Shown: positions 36,624 through 48,038, counted from the stretch's first letter. The stretch is DNA of 64,000 nucleotides from Polyangiales bacterium (GCA_038231275.1 JBBRLQ010000028.1:1-64000), one strand, 5' to 3'. Translations and numbers: made by a program. Notes: generated by a model not told the origin, from the sequence alone.

Positions 36624-39106
36624 CTCGTCCTCCCGGTGTCCCAGCCGGCGTGGGGGTCCCACGTCTCCACGTCGCCGTGCCACGTCGGCGCGTCCGGATC
36701 GAAGGTCGGGGCGCCGCCGCCCGCCGCCTCGAGCGCCTGCGGAGCCACGTCGCGCACGCGCGCCATCCGCCGCTCGCCCAGCTGAACGACCGGGGCCTGG
36801 CCCCTCCGTCGCGCGGTACCGCTCTTGCCGTCCGTCGACGGGCGCTGAATCTGCGCCTGCGCCGGCCGCTCGCCGCTGTCGCCGAGCTGCGCATCGACGA
36901 GTCGCGCATAGGCTCCCCTCCGCGCGAGGAGCTCGTGGTGCGTCCCCTGCTCGACGAGCGCGCCGTCCTCCATCACGAGGATGCGATCGGCGCCGACCAC
37001 GGTGCTGAGGCGATGCGCGATGAAGATTCGCGTACAGCGGAGATCCTCGAGCTGGCGCTGCACCGCGCCCTCGGTGATCGAGTCGAGCGCGCTCGTCGCC
37101 TCGTCGAGCAGCACGATCGCGGGATCGTCGACGAGCGCGCGTGCGAGTGCGATGCGCTGCCGTTGCCCGCCCGACAACGACGCGCCGCCCGCGACCACCG
37201 GCGTGTCGTACTGCATCGGCATCTTGACGATGTCCTCGTGGATGCACGCGCGCATCGCCGCGTGCTTGATCCTCTCGAGCGACGTCTCCGGATCGGCGAG
37301 CGCGATGTTGGCGCGAATCGTCGTCCCGAAGACGTGCGGCCTCTGGATGACGACGCCGAGCTGACGCCGCACGCTCCTCAAATCGAGCTGGCTCAGAGGG
37401 TTGCCGTCGAGCGAGACGACGCCGTCGGTCGGCTGGTACAGGCCGAGGAGCAGGCGCCCCATCGTCGTCTTGCCGGAGCCCGAGCGCCCCACGATCGCGA
37501 CGCACTCCCCGGGCGCGATGTGCACGGTGACGCTGCGGACGGCGAGCGGCAGCTTGGGGCCGTACCGGAAGCTCACGCGCTCGAGGGAGATTTGCCCCTG
37601 GAGCGGCGGCGCGATGCGGAGGTTGCCGGCGTTCTCCTGCTCCGGCGCGGTGCCGAGCACATCGTTGATACGTGTAAGATGCACGCGTGTGGTCTGCAGC
37701 TGCTGCAGCGTCGAGACGAGGTTCATCATCGGCGAGATGAACCCGACGGCCAGCGCGTTCGCGGACAGCATCACGCCCAGGCTCATCTTGCGGTCCATGA
37801 CCTCGACGACGCCGCCGATGAGCAGCACCATCGGCCCCACGATGTGCATCGTCGACAGGAGCGCCTGCGAGAACGTCGCGACGCTGCCTTGCCGGAGACC
37901 GATGTTCATCACGTCGACGTAGCGCGCGGCCCAGGTGTGCGACGCCTTGTGCTCGCAGCCGCTCGCCTTCAAGGACTCCATGCCGGAGAGCAGCTCGTTC
38001 AGCGCGTTCGCCGCCTCCGTCTGCTTCGCGATGCTGCCCGCCGCGAGCTCGCGGAGCTTGGTGCGCGTCGCGACGTAGACGGCGACCTGCACGCCGACGA
38101 TGACGAGCGCGATGAGCGTCATCTTCACGCTCATGATCGACAAGAAGAGGAGATGGCTCGCGACCATGACGCCGTCGATGCTGCCCGACAAGACCGCGCC
38201 GGTGAGCGTCTCGCGGATCGTCGCGACGCTGGCGACGCGCATCTGGAGATCGGCAGCGTGGCGGCGCTCGAAGAAGCCGTAGGGGAGGCGCAGCAGGTGC
38301 TCGAGGAAGCCGAACGTCATCTTCGCGTCGAAGCCGGTCCGCAGCTGGAGGAGGAGCTGGCTCCGCGTGATCGACGTGAAGAAGTGGAAGACGACCGTCG
38401 TGGCGAGCCCGGCCACGAGGACGAAGAGCAGGTGCGTGTCGTTGCGTGGGACGACGCGATCGATGAGGCGCCCGTTGATCATCGGGAGCACCAGCGCCAG
38501 CATCTCGAGGAAGATCGAAGCGAACGCGATGCGGTGCCAGTCGTTCGAGCCGGCGAACGCGTTCTTGAGGTGACGCCAGACGAGGTTGTCGCCCTTTTTG
38601 CTCGGGACGAATTTCTCGGTCTTCTCGACGATGAGCGCGACGCCGGTGAAGCTCTTCTTCGCCTCCTCCATCGTCACGGTGCGGCGCCCGAGGGCCGGGT
38701 CGATGATCCGCACGCCGTTCTTGGTCAACGAGTCGAAGAGGACGAAATGGCTGAAATTCCAGTGCAGAATGGACGCGCGCGGGAGGTGCTCGAGGTCCGA
38801 GACGTCGAGCTTCACGCCGCGGCAGCGCAGATCGTAGAGCGCTGCGGCCTCGAGGATCGCGCGCGCCGTCACGCCGTCGCGACCGACCGACATGGTGGTG
38901 CGGAGCTCGTCGAGCGCGACGTGCCGACCCAAGTAGGCGAGGCACATCGCGAGGCAGGCGGCGCCGCAGTCGGTCGCCATCGCCTGTTGGACGACGGGGA
39001 TCTCCTTCGTGCGGAGCGGCTCGCCGAGCTTCTTCAGCGCCGGGAACTCCGAGACGAGGCGACGAGCGAGATTGCCGGAGGGGGTCGGGGTGTCGGTGGT
39101 GGCCAT
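36620..39106 (-). CDS. Peptidase-containing ABC transporter (C39 + TMD + NBD)
   Basis: C39: QQAMATDCGAACL, HWNFSHFV, IIDPA; Walker A GRSGSGKT; LSGGQRQR; LLDEATSALD; AHRLST. Confidence 0.95.
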   Translation of the reverse strand: MATTDTPTPSGNLARRLVSEFPALKKLGEPLRTKEIPVVQQAMATDCGAACLAMCLAYLGRHVALDELRTTMSVGRDGVTARAILEAAALYDLRCRGVKLDVSDLEHLPRASILHWNFSHFVLFDSLTKNGVRIIDPALGRRTVTMEEAKKSFTGVALIVEKTEKFVPSKKGDNLVWRHLKNAFAGSNDWHRIAFASIFLEMLALVLPMINGRLIDRVVPRNDTHLLFVLVAGLATTVVFHFFTSITRSQLLLQLRTGFDAKMTFGFLEHLLRLPYGFFERRHAADLQMRVASVATIRETLTGAVLSGSIDGVMVASHLLFLSIMSVKMTLIALVIVGVQVAVYVATRTKLRELAAGSIAKQTEAANALNELLSGMESLKASGCEHKASHTWAARYVDVMNIGLRQGSVATFSQALLSTMHIVGPMVLLIGGVVEVMDRKMSLGVMLSANALAVGFISPMMNLVSTLQQLQTTRVHLTRINDVLGTAPEQENAGNLRIAPPLQGQISLERVSFRYGPKLPLAVRSVTVHIAPGECVAIVGRSGSGKTTMGRLLLGLYQPTDGVVSLDGNPLSQLDLRSVRRQLGVVIQRPHVFGTTIRANIALADPETSLERIKHAAMRACIHEDIVKMPMQYDTPVVAGGASLSGGQRQRIALARALVDDPAIVLLDEATSALDSITEGAVQRQLEDLRCTRIFIAHRLSTVVGADRILVMEDGALVEQGTHHELLARRGAYARLVDAQLGDSGERPAQAQIQRPSTDGKSGTARRRGQAPVVQLGERRMARVRDVAPQALEAAGGGAPTFDPDAPTWHGDVETWDPHAGWDTGRTR

Positions 39107-39116
39107 GGTGATTGTC

Positions 39117-40064
39117 TCAGGGCAAAAACTGACGAAGCGCGGGCACCAGCGTGACGAGGATGGGCTCGCTGCGAACGCGGATCTCGGCGGTGCCGGTGAG
39201 GCCGTCGAAGTAGCCGTAGGGTTGGCCTTCGGAGGTGAACGTCGCTTTGGGAAGACGCGCGGTGACAAGGACCTTCGCGCCGGGATCGAGGACGACGGCG
39301 TCGGCGCGCTCCTGACCGAGGAAGCGCTGCACCTCGGTCGGGCCGACCGCTTCGGCCGAGACGTCGGTCACGACGAGGTCCGAATACTCGTAGCGAAAGC
39401 CGTCGAGCTCGAAGCGCATCTTGAGGCCGTCCTTGAGCATCGGGCGGTAGTCGGCGGGGACCATCGACACGAGCGACACCTGCGCGCTCCCTTTCGGCGC
39501 GACCGCGAGGAGGACCTCGCCGGCGTTGACGTGCTGGCCCGGGCGGACGCGCACGTCGCTCACGTAGCCCTGCACCTCGGCGCGGACCGTGCGCGATTCG
39601 ACCACGTTTTTGGCCTGATCGCGCTGCGCACGGAGCGTGGCGAGTGCCTGCTTCGCTGCGACGTCGCTCGGATCGCGGAGCATGCGCACGAGCTGGAGAT
39701 CGAACTCGCGCGACGCGCGCGTGAGCTCGTTGTTCTCCTCGACGTTGTACATGCGCACGAGCACGGTGCCGACGTCGACGAGCTGCCCGGGGCGGACCTC
39801 GACGCCCTCTACGGTCGCGGGCGACGTCGCGGTGATCATGCGGCGTCCGTCGACGCGGACCACGGCGGGGCCCGTCGCGTACTCGTCGACGTTGAACAGG
39901 CTGATGAAGAGGAACCCGCACACCGCCGCGGCGACGAGGATCTTGTAGATTACACCTGTCCAGGCGCGGTCGAAGCGGAGGACGTCGCCCTCCTCCTCGC
40001 CGCCGGCGTGGTGCTCGATCGCTTCGGGGCGAAAAATCCCTACTTGATCTTGCTCGGGCGTCAC
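39117..40064 (-). CDS. HlyD-family secretion adaptor
   Basis: IFRPEAIEH N-terminus typical of peptide-export MFPs; TM; VRPGQLVDVG and VRAEVQGYV lipoyl motifs. Confidence 0.88.
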   Translation of the reverse strand: MTPEQDQVGIFRPEAIEHHAGGEEEGDVLRFDRAWTGVIYKILVAAAVCGFLFISLFNVDEYATGPAVVRVDGRRMITATSPATVEGVEVRPGQLVDVGTVLVRMYNVEENNELTRASREFDLQLVRMLRDPSDVAAKQALATLRAQRDQAKNVVESRTVRAEVQGYVSDVRVRPGQHVNAGEVLLAVAPKGSAQVSLVSMVPADYRPMLKDGLKMRFELDGFRYEYSDLVVTDVSAEAVGPTEVQRFLGQERADAVVLDPGAKVLVTARLPKATFTSEGQPYGYFDGLTGTAEIRVRSEPILVTLVPALRQFLP

Positions 40065-41389
40065 GGCGACTCCTCTACGATCTTCTTTCCGGTGGCGACC
40101 ATGAGGCGCACGACGGCGAGGGCGTGCGCGAGCTCGGACTGCGTGCGCTGGATGCGCGCGTCGGCGTCGGAGCTCTCGGCGTCGATGAGCTCGAGCGGGC
40201 TCGACAGGCCCTGGACGTAGCGCGCCGACACGATCTGGAGAACTCCCGCCGCGCCGTCGGCCGAGCGCTTCGCGTGCTCGAGGGCGACTGCGGTCGTGCG
40301 GACCGCGAACGACGCGCGCGCCGCCTCGCTCTTCGCGTCGCGCCGCGTTTGCTCGAGGGTCGCCGCCGCCGTCGCCGCATCCGCGCGCGCGCCGGTCAGG
40401 TTCGGCCCGATCGACGCGTCGAAGATCGGGACGCTCACGACCAGCGACGCGGTCGCCTGGCGCGTGTTCAAAAGGACGTCGCTCTTGTCGGAGCGCGTGA
40501 GCCGGTAGTAGTCGTCGACCGCGAGCGAAATCGCCGGCAAATACCGAGCAAACGCCGCGTCGGCGGCCGCCTCCTTCGAGTCTTTGTCGGCGGTGGCCGA
40601 CGCGACGGACGGCAGGTGCTCGGCCTCGCGCGACGCGATGGCGCTGTCCATGTCGAGGCGCGGGAGGCGCGGCGGCGCGACCTTGAGCGGCGCCGCAGGA
40701 TCGAGCGAGAGCAGCGCCGCGAGGACCGCGCGCGCGTCGTAGGCGTCGGCCTCGGCGGTCGCGAGCTGGAGCCGGGCCGCCTCCGCGCGCGCCGAGGCGC
40801 GGATCTCCTCGAGCGGCGGCTGGAGGCCCGCCTTGATGAGACCCTTGGCGATCACGACGAGCTTCTCGCGCTGCGTGAGCGTCGCCTTCGTCACCTCGCG
40901 GAGCTGCTCCTTGTAGTGGAGGTTCACGTACGCCGTGGCGACGTCGTTCATCACGCCGAGCTCGGTGCCGGCGTGGCTCGCGGTCGCCGACGTGTGATTC
41001 GCCTCGGCGGCCGCGACGTTGCCGCTCGTGCGCCCGAAGTCCCAGAGCGTCCAGCGCACGCTCGTCCCCGCGCTTCCGGCGGCCGAGTAGTTCACGAACG
41101 CGAAGAGCCCCTCGGAGGGCGGCGGCGTCGGCTGCGTGTCGCGCACGGCGGCGCCGCTACCCGTCACGTTGGCGCTCAGCGACGGGTAGTAACCGGCGCG
41201 CTGCTCGTCGATGTTCGCCTCCGCCGAGTCGGCGCGCGCGCGCGCGCCTTTGATCTGGGGAGAGCGCTGGCGGCCGATCTCGAGAGCGCGCGACAATGTC
41301 AGCGACGGCTCCTCCGCCATCGCGCGCACGGGGACGGCGAGCGTCAACGCGAACGCCGCGAAGACCGTCACCGCTGCGAGACGCTGCAT
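40061..41389 (-). CDS. TolC-family outer membrane protein
   Basis: Signal peptide; LTLSRALE, YYPSLS, WTLWDFG, VPIFD, RYVQGLSSPLELIDA. Confidence 0.92.
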   Translation of the reverse strand: MQRLAAVTVFAAFALTLAVPVRAMAEEPSLTLSRALEIGRQRSPQIKGARARADSAEANIDEQRAGYYPSLSANVTGSGAAVRDTQPTPPPSEGLFAFVNYSAAGSAGTSVRWTLWDFGRTSGNVAAAEANHTSATASHAGTELGVMNDVATAYVNLHYKEQLREVTKATLTQREKLVVIAKGLIKAGLQPPLEEIRASARAEAARLQLATAEADAYDARAVLAALLSLDPAAPLKVAPPRLPRLDMDSAIASREAEHLPSVASATADKDSKEAAADAAFARYLPAISLAVDDYYRLTRSDKSDVLLNTRQATASLVVSVPIFDASIGPNLTGARADAATAAATLEQTRRDAKSEAARASFAVRTTAVALEHAKRSADGAAGVLQIVSARYVQGLSSPLELIDAESSDADARIQRTQSELAHALAVVRLMVATGKKIVEESP

Positions 41390-41401
41390 GTCTCATCACG
41401 G

Positions 41402-41417
41402 TGCAAAGTCGGGACCG
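41402..41417 (-). promoter_or_regulatory. sigma54-like promoter of TolC/HlyD/PCAT/MFP operon
   Basis: Minus strand CGGTCC-CGACT-TTGCA (GG-N10-GC), 12 nt before ATG 41389. Confidence 0.45.
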
Positions 41418-41683
41418 ACAGTGCGCGCGCGAAAATTTTTGCCGTGGACGGAGCGGCACGGCGGCGCGATGCCCGCGACCCCCGAAGGAGGTCGATTTGT
41501 GCTCCAAAGACCTACATTGACCCTGATGCAGCCCCGTCTCGCGCGACACGCCGACGATCCATCGGCGTTTTAGGGTGTTCTGTGGTGAGAACGGAAACCT
41601 CCGCGGGGGCAAGATCTCGACGAATTCCGCGATGTTCATTCGCGTGCTCGACGTGGAGGCCGTTTCCCCGCTTTAATCGTCCC

Positions 41684-42547
41684 ATGCGGGTGCGCCTCCT
41701 CTTGATCGCGACGGCGACGTTCGCGATCGCGCCCGTGGTCTTCGCGCAGGCCCCCGTCGACGACGGCGCCGAGGAGCCGGATCCGCCTTCCGCTCCCACG
41801 CCTCCGCCCGCTCCGACGAGCACGGGCTCGGCGCCTGCGGGTCACACGGGGCTTCCCACGCGCGGAGGAATGATTCGACTCCCGGGCGGCCGCTTCACGA
41901 TCGGGAGCGCGGATCGAGGCACCGCGCCGAACGAGCGGCCGCCGCACGCCGTGAGCGTCGCGCCGTTCTGGATCGACAAGATCGAGGTGAGCGTCGGCGG
42001 GTACCGCGCGTGCGTCGACGCACGCTCTTGCGCGGCGCCGTCGCGAGCGAGCGCGAGCTGCACGTACGACCTCGGCGATCCCGAGCTGCCCGTATCGTGC
42101 GTGCATTGGAAGGACGCTGACGCGTACTGCCGCGCGCAAGGCAAGCGTCTGCCGCGCGAGGCGGAGTGGGAGTTCGCGGCGCGCGGAAACCTGCGCGTGC
42201 GTTATCCGTTCGGCAACGCATCCCACTGCGGCGTCGCGGTGACATTGCTCCACGAGTCGACGGGGCGAAGCTGCGGCGGCACGCGCCCCGCGCGCGTCGG
42301 CGCCCACCCCGGCGGGGCGAGCCAATTTGGCGTGCTCGATCTCGCGGGCAACGTCGAGGAGTGGACGGCGGACTGGTACGTCGAGAGCCTCGCCGAAGGG
42401 GCCGCACCGCGCGCCGGCGCGAGCCACGTGCTGCGTGGCGGCGGGTGGCTCTCTCCGCCCTCGATGGCGCGGACGACGGCGCGCAACTGGGGCTCGAGCG
42501 TCGAAGCGGGGCCCAACGTGGGCTTTCGCTGCGCGAAGGATGCATGA
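41684..42547 (+). CDS. Secreted formylglycine-generating enzyme (FGE-sulfatase/SUMF1) domain protein
   Basis: Signal peptide; GGRFTIGS, FWIDKIEVS, PVSCVHWKDADAYC, RLPREAEWEFAARG, DLAGNVEEWTAD, RGGGW, VGFRC. Confidence 0.92.
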   Translation: MRVRLLLIATATFAIAPVVFAQAPVDDGAEEPDPPSAPTPPPAPTSTGSAPAGHTGLPTRGGMIRLPGGRFTIGSADRGTAPNERPPHAVSVAPFWIDKIEVSVGGYRACVDARSCAAPSRASASCTYDLGDPELPVSCVHWKDADAYCRAQGKRLPREAEWEFAARGNLRVRYPFGNASHCGVAVTLLHESTGRSCGGTRPARVGAHPGGASQFGVLDLAGNVEEWTADWYVESLAEGAAPRAGASHVLRGGGWLSPPSMARTTARNWGSSVEAGPNVGFRCAKDA

Positions 42548-45111
42548 TGCAACCGTCTCCCAACTTGATCGCGGGGAGGTACGAGCTCGGCGAGCGGATC
42601 GCGCGCGGGGAGCACACCGTGGTGCACGCGGCGCGCTTGGTGTCGCTCCAGACGTCGGTAGCGATCAAGTTCCTCGACCCTCAGCTCGCGAGCAACGCCG
42701 ACGCGTGCGCGCGCTTCTTCCACGGCGCCCGCGTCACCGCGCGGCTCGCAGGCTTGCGCGTGATGTCGGTGCTCGACGTCGGCTCGGCGGAGAACGGCGT
42801 CCCCTTCATCGTCATGGAGCGCGTCAGCGGCGAGACGTTGCGCGCGAGGGTCCAGCGGCTGCGCGCGGTGCCCCTCGGAGAGCTCGTGTCGATCGTGCGC
42901 GACGTCGGGAGCACGCTCGACGCGATGCACGCGCAGGGTCTCTTGCACCAAGACGTGAAGCCCGACGACGTCTTCCTCGTGCCGAAGGACGGTCACGAGG
43001 TCGCGCTCCTCACCGGGTTCAGCTGGGCAGGACCGCCGTCCGATGCCGGTCACGGGGGGATCCTCGGGACGCCGTATTTTCTCGCGCCCGAGCGGCTCCA
43101 GGCCGGCTTCGGTACCGACGCGCGCGCGGATCTCTGGTCGCTCGGCGTCGTCACGTATTTCGCGGCGACCGGCGTGCTCCCGTTCGAGGCGCCGTCGATG
43201 CCCGAGCTCTTCGGCGCGATTCTCGAAGGGCCCATGCCGGTCCCGTCGCGCGTCGCGCCGCATCTCCCGCGCGCGTTCGATGCGTGGTTCGCGCGCGCGT
43301 GCGCCCGCGATCGTCGGGAGCGATTCCACAGCGGCGCGGAGCTCGCCGATGGGCTCGCCGCGTGCCTTCAGCACGACACGTCCGGCTTCGGCACACTCTC
43401 TCGGGCGCCGAGCTCCGAGACGCCGTGCGGCGCGTGCGGCGAGCCGATCCGCGTGCCGCCGATGGTGTTCTGCCCGAACTGCGGCGTTCGGCTCGTCGCG
43501 CAGACCGGCGCGCCTCCGCTCACCACGAACACTGCGCCCGTCCCCGCGCCGGAGTTCGGCGAGTATCCAGGTCTCAGCGCCGCGACCGCTCCGCACCTGG
43601 GAGACTTCCGCCCCTCGTCGATCCCGCCACTCGATCCCGAGCCGCAGTCGCAGCCGACGATGGCGCTGCAGACCGACGCGTACACCGTCGCGGAGATGCC
43701 TCCGGAGCCGGTGGCCGCGCGCCCACCGTCGCAGCCGACGCTCGCGGTCGACGGCGCGACCTACGACGCGTATGCGGCGCAGCTTCCGAATCCACCGACG
43801 CCTCTACCTGCTCCGCCGCCGTCGCAGCCGACGCTCGCGCTGTCACGCGTGGACTCGTACGCGCCGTCGCCGCCCCCTGCGCGTCCGCCGTCGCAGCCGA
43901 CGCTCGCGGTGGAGGTACCGGAGATCCCGGCCGCCGCCGTTCGCGCGGCGCCGGTGCCGCGGATCGAGAGGCCAGTCGCGTCGCCCCGACCGACGCCGCC
44001 GCCCATCCCTCCGCAGGCGGCTCCGCCGCAGCCCATCGCGGCACAGCCTCCGCCGCCACCCCCACCGCCACCGCCACCTCCTCCTCCCCCGCAGCAGCAC
44101 TCCGCGCCGTCGTTCGCCGTTCCGCCCGCCGCGCAATCGACGCCGGCGTTCTTGGACGCGCCGACCGATCCCTTCGGCCCTGCAGGCATTCCAGCGAGCT
44201 CCGACAAACCGTCGGCGTGGCTCTTTCGTGCGCGACTCGGCGTGTGGCGGCGCGCAGAGGTGCTCGCCGCCGGCTTCGCCGCCACCGGCGTGAACGCGCT
44301 CGCCGTCACCGCGACGCGCGTGGTCGCGACGCGCGGCGGCGCGTGGGAGGAGTTGCAGCTCGACGCGAAGATCGATCTCACGCGCGTGCGCGCCATCCGC
44401 GGCGTAGGGCACGACGCGTTCTTTCTCCTCGGCGCGGCGGGGCTCGTCTTGCGCGTCACGCTCGAAGGGGCGTGCGAGTTCTGGGGCCTGGAGCTCGACC
44501 CGGCAGCGCCGATCGCCGCGGCGGAGATCACGTTCTACGACGCGCTCCCCGAGGGCGACGGCGCGCTCTTCGTCGGCGAAAGGCCGGGCGCAGCGGGTCC
44601 CGTCGGCATCCTCGCGCGCGGGGCGCCTCGGTCGGTGCGCATCGTCGTCCCCGGCACGCCTGCCGCGCGTCTTCGGAGCATGACGCGCATCGCCGGCGGC
44701 ACAGTCGTCGCGTGCGGTGACGGCAAGCTCGTCGCCTTCGAGAAGGACGCGGTCGCAGGCGTCGCCGAGATCGCTCCGGGCGAGCTCAATCACATCGCGT
44801 CGAACGAGAACGGCGCGCTCGTGGTCGGCGCCGGGGCCTACGCGTTCGCGGTCGGGCAGAAGCTCCACGCGCAGCTCGAAGAGGTGCAGACGACGAGCGA
44901 TCTCGTCTCCCTCACCGCGTACGAGGGCGTCGGGTGGGCCGGCTCGGCGCGCGGCGCGCGTATCCTCCGGCGCACGTCGCAAGGCCTCTGGACGCGACTC
45001 ACCGGCAACCTCGGAACCGACGCCGGCGTCATCGCGCTCGCCGCGACCGAGCGCGAGGTCCGCGCCGTCCTCGACGACGGCACGCTGGTGACCGGCACGC
45101 TCGGAATCTAG
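42544..45111 (+). CDS. Ser/Thr protein kinase-like protein (probable pseudokinase) with Zn ribbon, Pro-rich linker and C-terminal beta-propeller-like domain
   Basis: VAIK, HQDVKPDDV, GTPYFLAPE, DLWSLG; DFG replaced by GFS; CGAC…CPNC. Confidence 0.85.
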   Translation: MMQPSPNLIAGRYELGERIARGEHTVVHAARLVSLQTSVAIKFLDPQLASNADACARFFHGARVTARLAGLRVMSVLDVGSAENGVPFIVMERVSGETLRARVQRLRAVPLGELVSIVRDVGSTLDAMHAQGLLHQDVKPDDVFLVPKDGHEVALLTGFSWAGPPSDAGHGGILGTPYFLAPERLQAGFGTDARADLWSLGVVTYFAATGVLPFEAPSMPELFGAILEGPMPVPSRVAPHLPRAFDAWFARACARDRRERFHSGAELADGLAACLQHDTSGFGTLSRAPSSETPCGACGEPIRVPPMVFCPNCGVRLVAQTGAPPLTTNTAPVPAPEFGEYPGLSAATAPHLGDFRPSSIPPLDPEPQSQPTMALQTDAYTVAEMPPEPVAARPPSQPTLAVDGATYDAYAAQLPNPPTPLPAPPPSQPTLALSRVDSYAPSPPPARPPSQPTLAVEVPEIPAAAVRAAPVPRIERPVASPRPTPPPIPPQAAPPQPIAAQPPPPPPPPPPPPPPPQQHSAPSFAVPPAAQSTPAFLDAPTDPFGPAGIPASSDKPSAWLFRARLGVWRRAEVLAAGFAATGVNALAVTATRVVATRGGAWEELQLDAKIDLTRVRAIRGVGHDAFFLLGAAGLVLRVTLEGACEFWGLELDPAAPIAAAEITFYDALPEGDGALFVGERPGAAGPVGILARGAPRSVRIVVPGTPAARLRSMTRIAGGTVVACGDGKLVAFEKDAVAGVAEIAPGELNHIASNENGALVVGAGAYAFAVGQKLHAQLEEVQTTSDLVSLTAYEGVGWAGSARGARILRRTSQGLWTRLTGNLGTDAGVIALAATEREVRAVLDDGTLVTGTLGI

Positions 45112-45114
45112 CGC

Positions 45115-46479
<1,365 letters not shown>

Positions 46480-46490
46480 TGCGGACGAGA

Positions 46491-47858
46491 CTACTCCTGA
46501 ATCGTCAGCGTGAAGCATGTTCGCGCGCCCTCGCGCGCATAGACGACCTCGCCGCGGTGCGACTCGGCGACCGAGCGCGACAGGGCGAGGCCGAGGCCGG
46601 TGCCGTCGGGCTTGGTCGTGAAGAACGGCTCGAAGAGCTCGGAACGACGCGATTCGGGGACGCCTGTCCCCTCGTCGATCACACGGATCGCGGCGAGATC
46701 GCCGGTCCGCGAGAGCTCCACGAGGACGGTGCCGTCCTTGGCCGAGGCCTCGACCGCGTTACGAAGGAGATTGTCGATCGCGCGGCCCATCGCGTCGACG
46801 TCGACCGCCGCGCGCGCGTCGCCCGTGATCTCCAACGTGACGCCGCGCTCACGCGCCCACGGCGAGAGGAGGCCGACGCGCGACGTCGCCAGCGCCGCCA
46901 GATCCGTGTCCGCGCGCTCGGCGACGCGACGACCTGCGACGACGAGCAGATCCTGCACGAAGCGATTCAGGCGCCCGACTTCGCGCGAAATGTCGCCGAG
47001 ATCGCGGGCAAGGACCGGGTCGAGGCTCGCGTTCTCGAGCGCCAGATCGGCGCGCAGCTTGATCGCGGCGAGCGGATTTCGAACCTCGTGCGCCACGCCC
47101 GCGGCGACGCGCCCGAGCGCTGCGAGCCGCTCGCGAGCCGCCAGCTCGCGCGTGAGCGCCTCCTTCTGGTCCTGCGCGGCCGAGAGATCGAAGGCGAGCT
47201 GCTCGATCCCGTCGGCGATGACCGCGAGCTCACGCAACTTCGGTTTTTCGACCGTCTCGTCGAGGTTCTTCGCGACGCCGCGGAGCGACGCGCCGAGCGA
47301 GCGCGCGCCGACCTGGAACGCGCGGAGCGTGTGGAGCGACGCCGCCACGAGCAGCACGCTCACGAGCGCCAAGGCGAGGATGAGCGCGCGAAGCGGCTGC
47401 TGCGCCAGCGGCGTGCCCGCGAACGTCGCTGCCCAGACGTAGCCGCCCGACGGAAGCGCGAGGGCGCCGATGACGAGCGGTGCGCCGTCCGCCGTCGCCG
47501 CGTCGCGCACCACGACGCCGCCGCCCACCTTCGCCGCACGCGCCACCTCGGAGCGCGAAGCGATCACGACCGGGCCGAACGGCGCCGGCCCGTTCTCGTC
47601 GCCGAGCGCGTCGGTCAAGAATCCGCTCCTCAGAGCGCCGAAATCGCGTCGTCCCCGCCGCCGCGTCTCCGGCGTCGGCGCGCGCTCGAAGAGTTGAGCG
47701 AGGCGGTCCACTTCCGCGGCGACCGTCTCGTGCCCGCGCGCGATGCGCTGCTGCGTCGTCGTGGTCGCGAGGTGCAGGAGGCCCAAGATCGCACCCACCA
47801 TGCCGACCGCCGCGAGCAGCGTGACGACGAGCATTCGGGTGCGAAGGGACCAGAGCAT
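46491..47858 (-). CDS. Membrane sensor histidine kinase
   Basis: Two TMs, HAMP-like linker, AHEVRNPL, NLLRNA, DEGTG, FFTTK, GTGLGL. Confidence 0.93.
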   Translation of the reverse strand: MLWSLRTRMLVVTLLAAVGMVGAILGLLHLATTTTQQRIARGHETVAAEVDRLAQLFERAPTPETRRRGRRDFGALRSGFLTDALGDENGPAPFGPVVIASRSEVARAAKVGGGVVVRDAATADGAPLVIGALALPSGGYVWAATFAGTPLAQQPLRALILALALVSVLLVAASLHTLRAFQVGARSLGASLRGVAKNLDETVEKPKLRELAVIADGIEQLAFDLSAAQDQKEALTRELAARERLAALGRVAAGVAHEVRNPLAAIKLRADLALENASLDPVLARDLGDISREVGRLNRFVQDLLVVAGRRVAERADTDLAALATSRVGLLSPWARERGVTLEITGDARAAVDVDAMGRAIDNLLRNAVEASAKDGTVLVELSRTGDLAAIRVIDEGTGVPESRRSELFEPFFTTKPDGTGLGLALSRSVAESHRGEVVYAREGARTCFTLTIQE

Positions 47859-48022
47859 CGACTCCTCGTGCCACGAAGCAAGCCCCGTGCGCGCGAAGAG
47901 TGCGAAAAGTACCGGGCGTTTTCGCCCCGGCGCGTCGCGATTCCAGACGGACGTCGCGATTCGCGACGCGCGACGCTTCGCGTGACGTCGGACCTTGGCC
48001 CAAGTTTGGGGGTGAAACGCGG

Positions 48023-48038
48023 TGGCGCGCGACTTGCT
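48023..48038 (+). promoter_or_regulatory. sigma54 promoter of PPIase-HupE-DUF3604 operon
   Basis: TGGCGC-GCGAC-TTGCT, 12 nt before ATG 48051; divergent from an NtrC-type two-component system. Confidence 0.75.

Noticed and set aside
41420..41680. Intergenic region upstream of tolC searched for a double-glycine precursor or ncRNA
   Set aside because: No convincing SD-led small ORF or recognisable RNA motif
47876..47895. Possible sigma54 promoter for the histidine kinase (…GCGCACGGGGCTTGCT, minus strand)
   Set aside because: Lacks the invariant -24 GG
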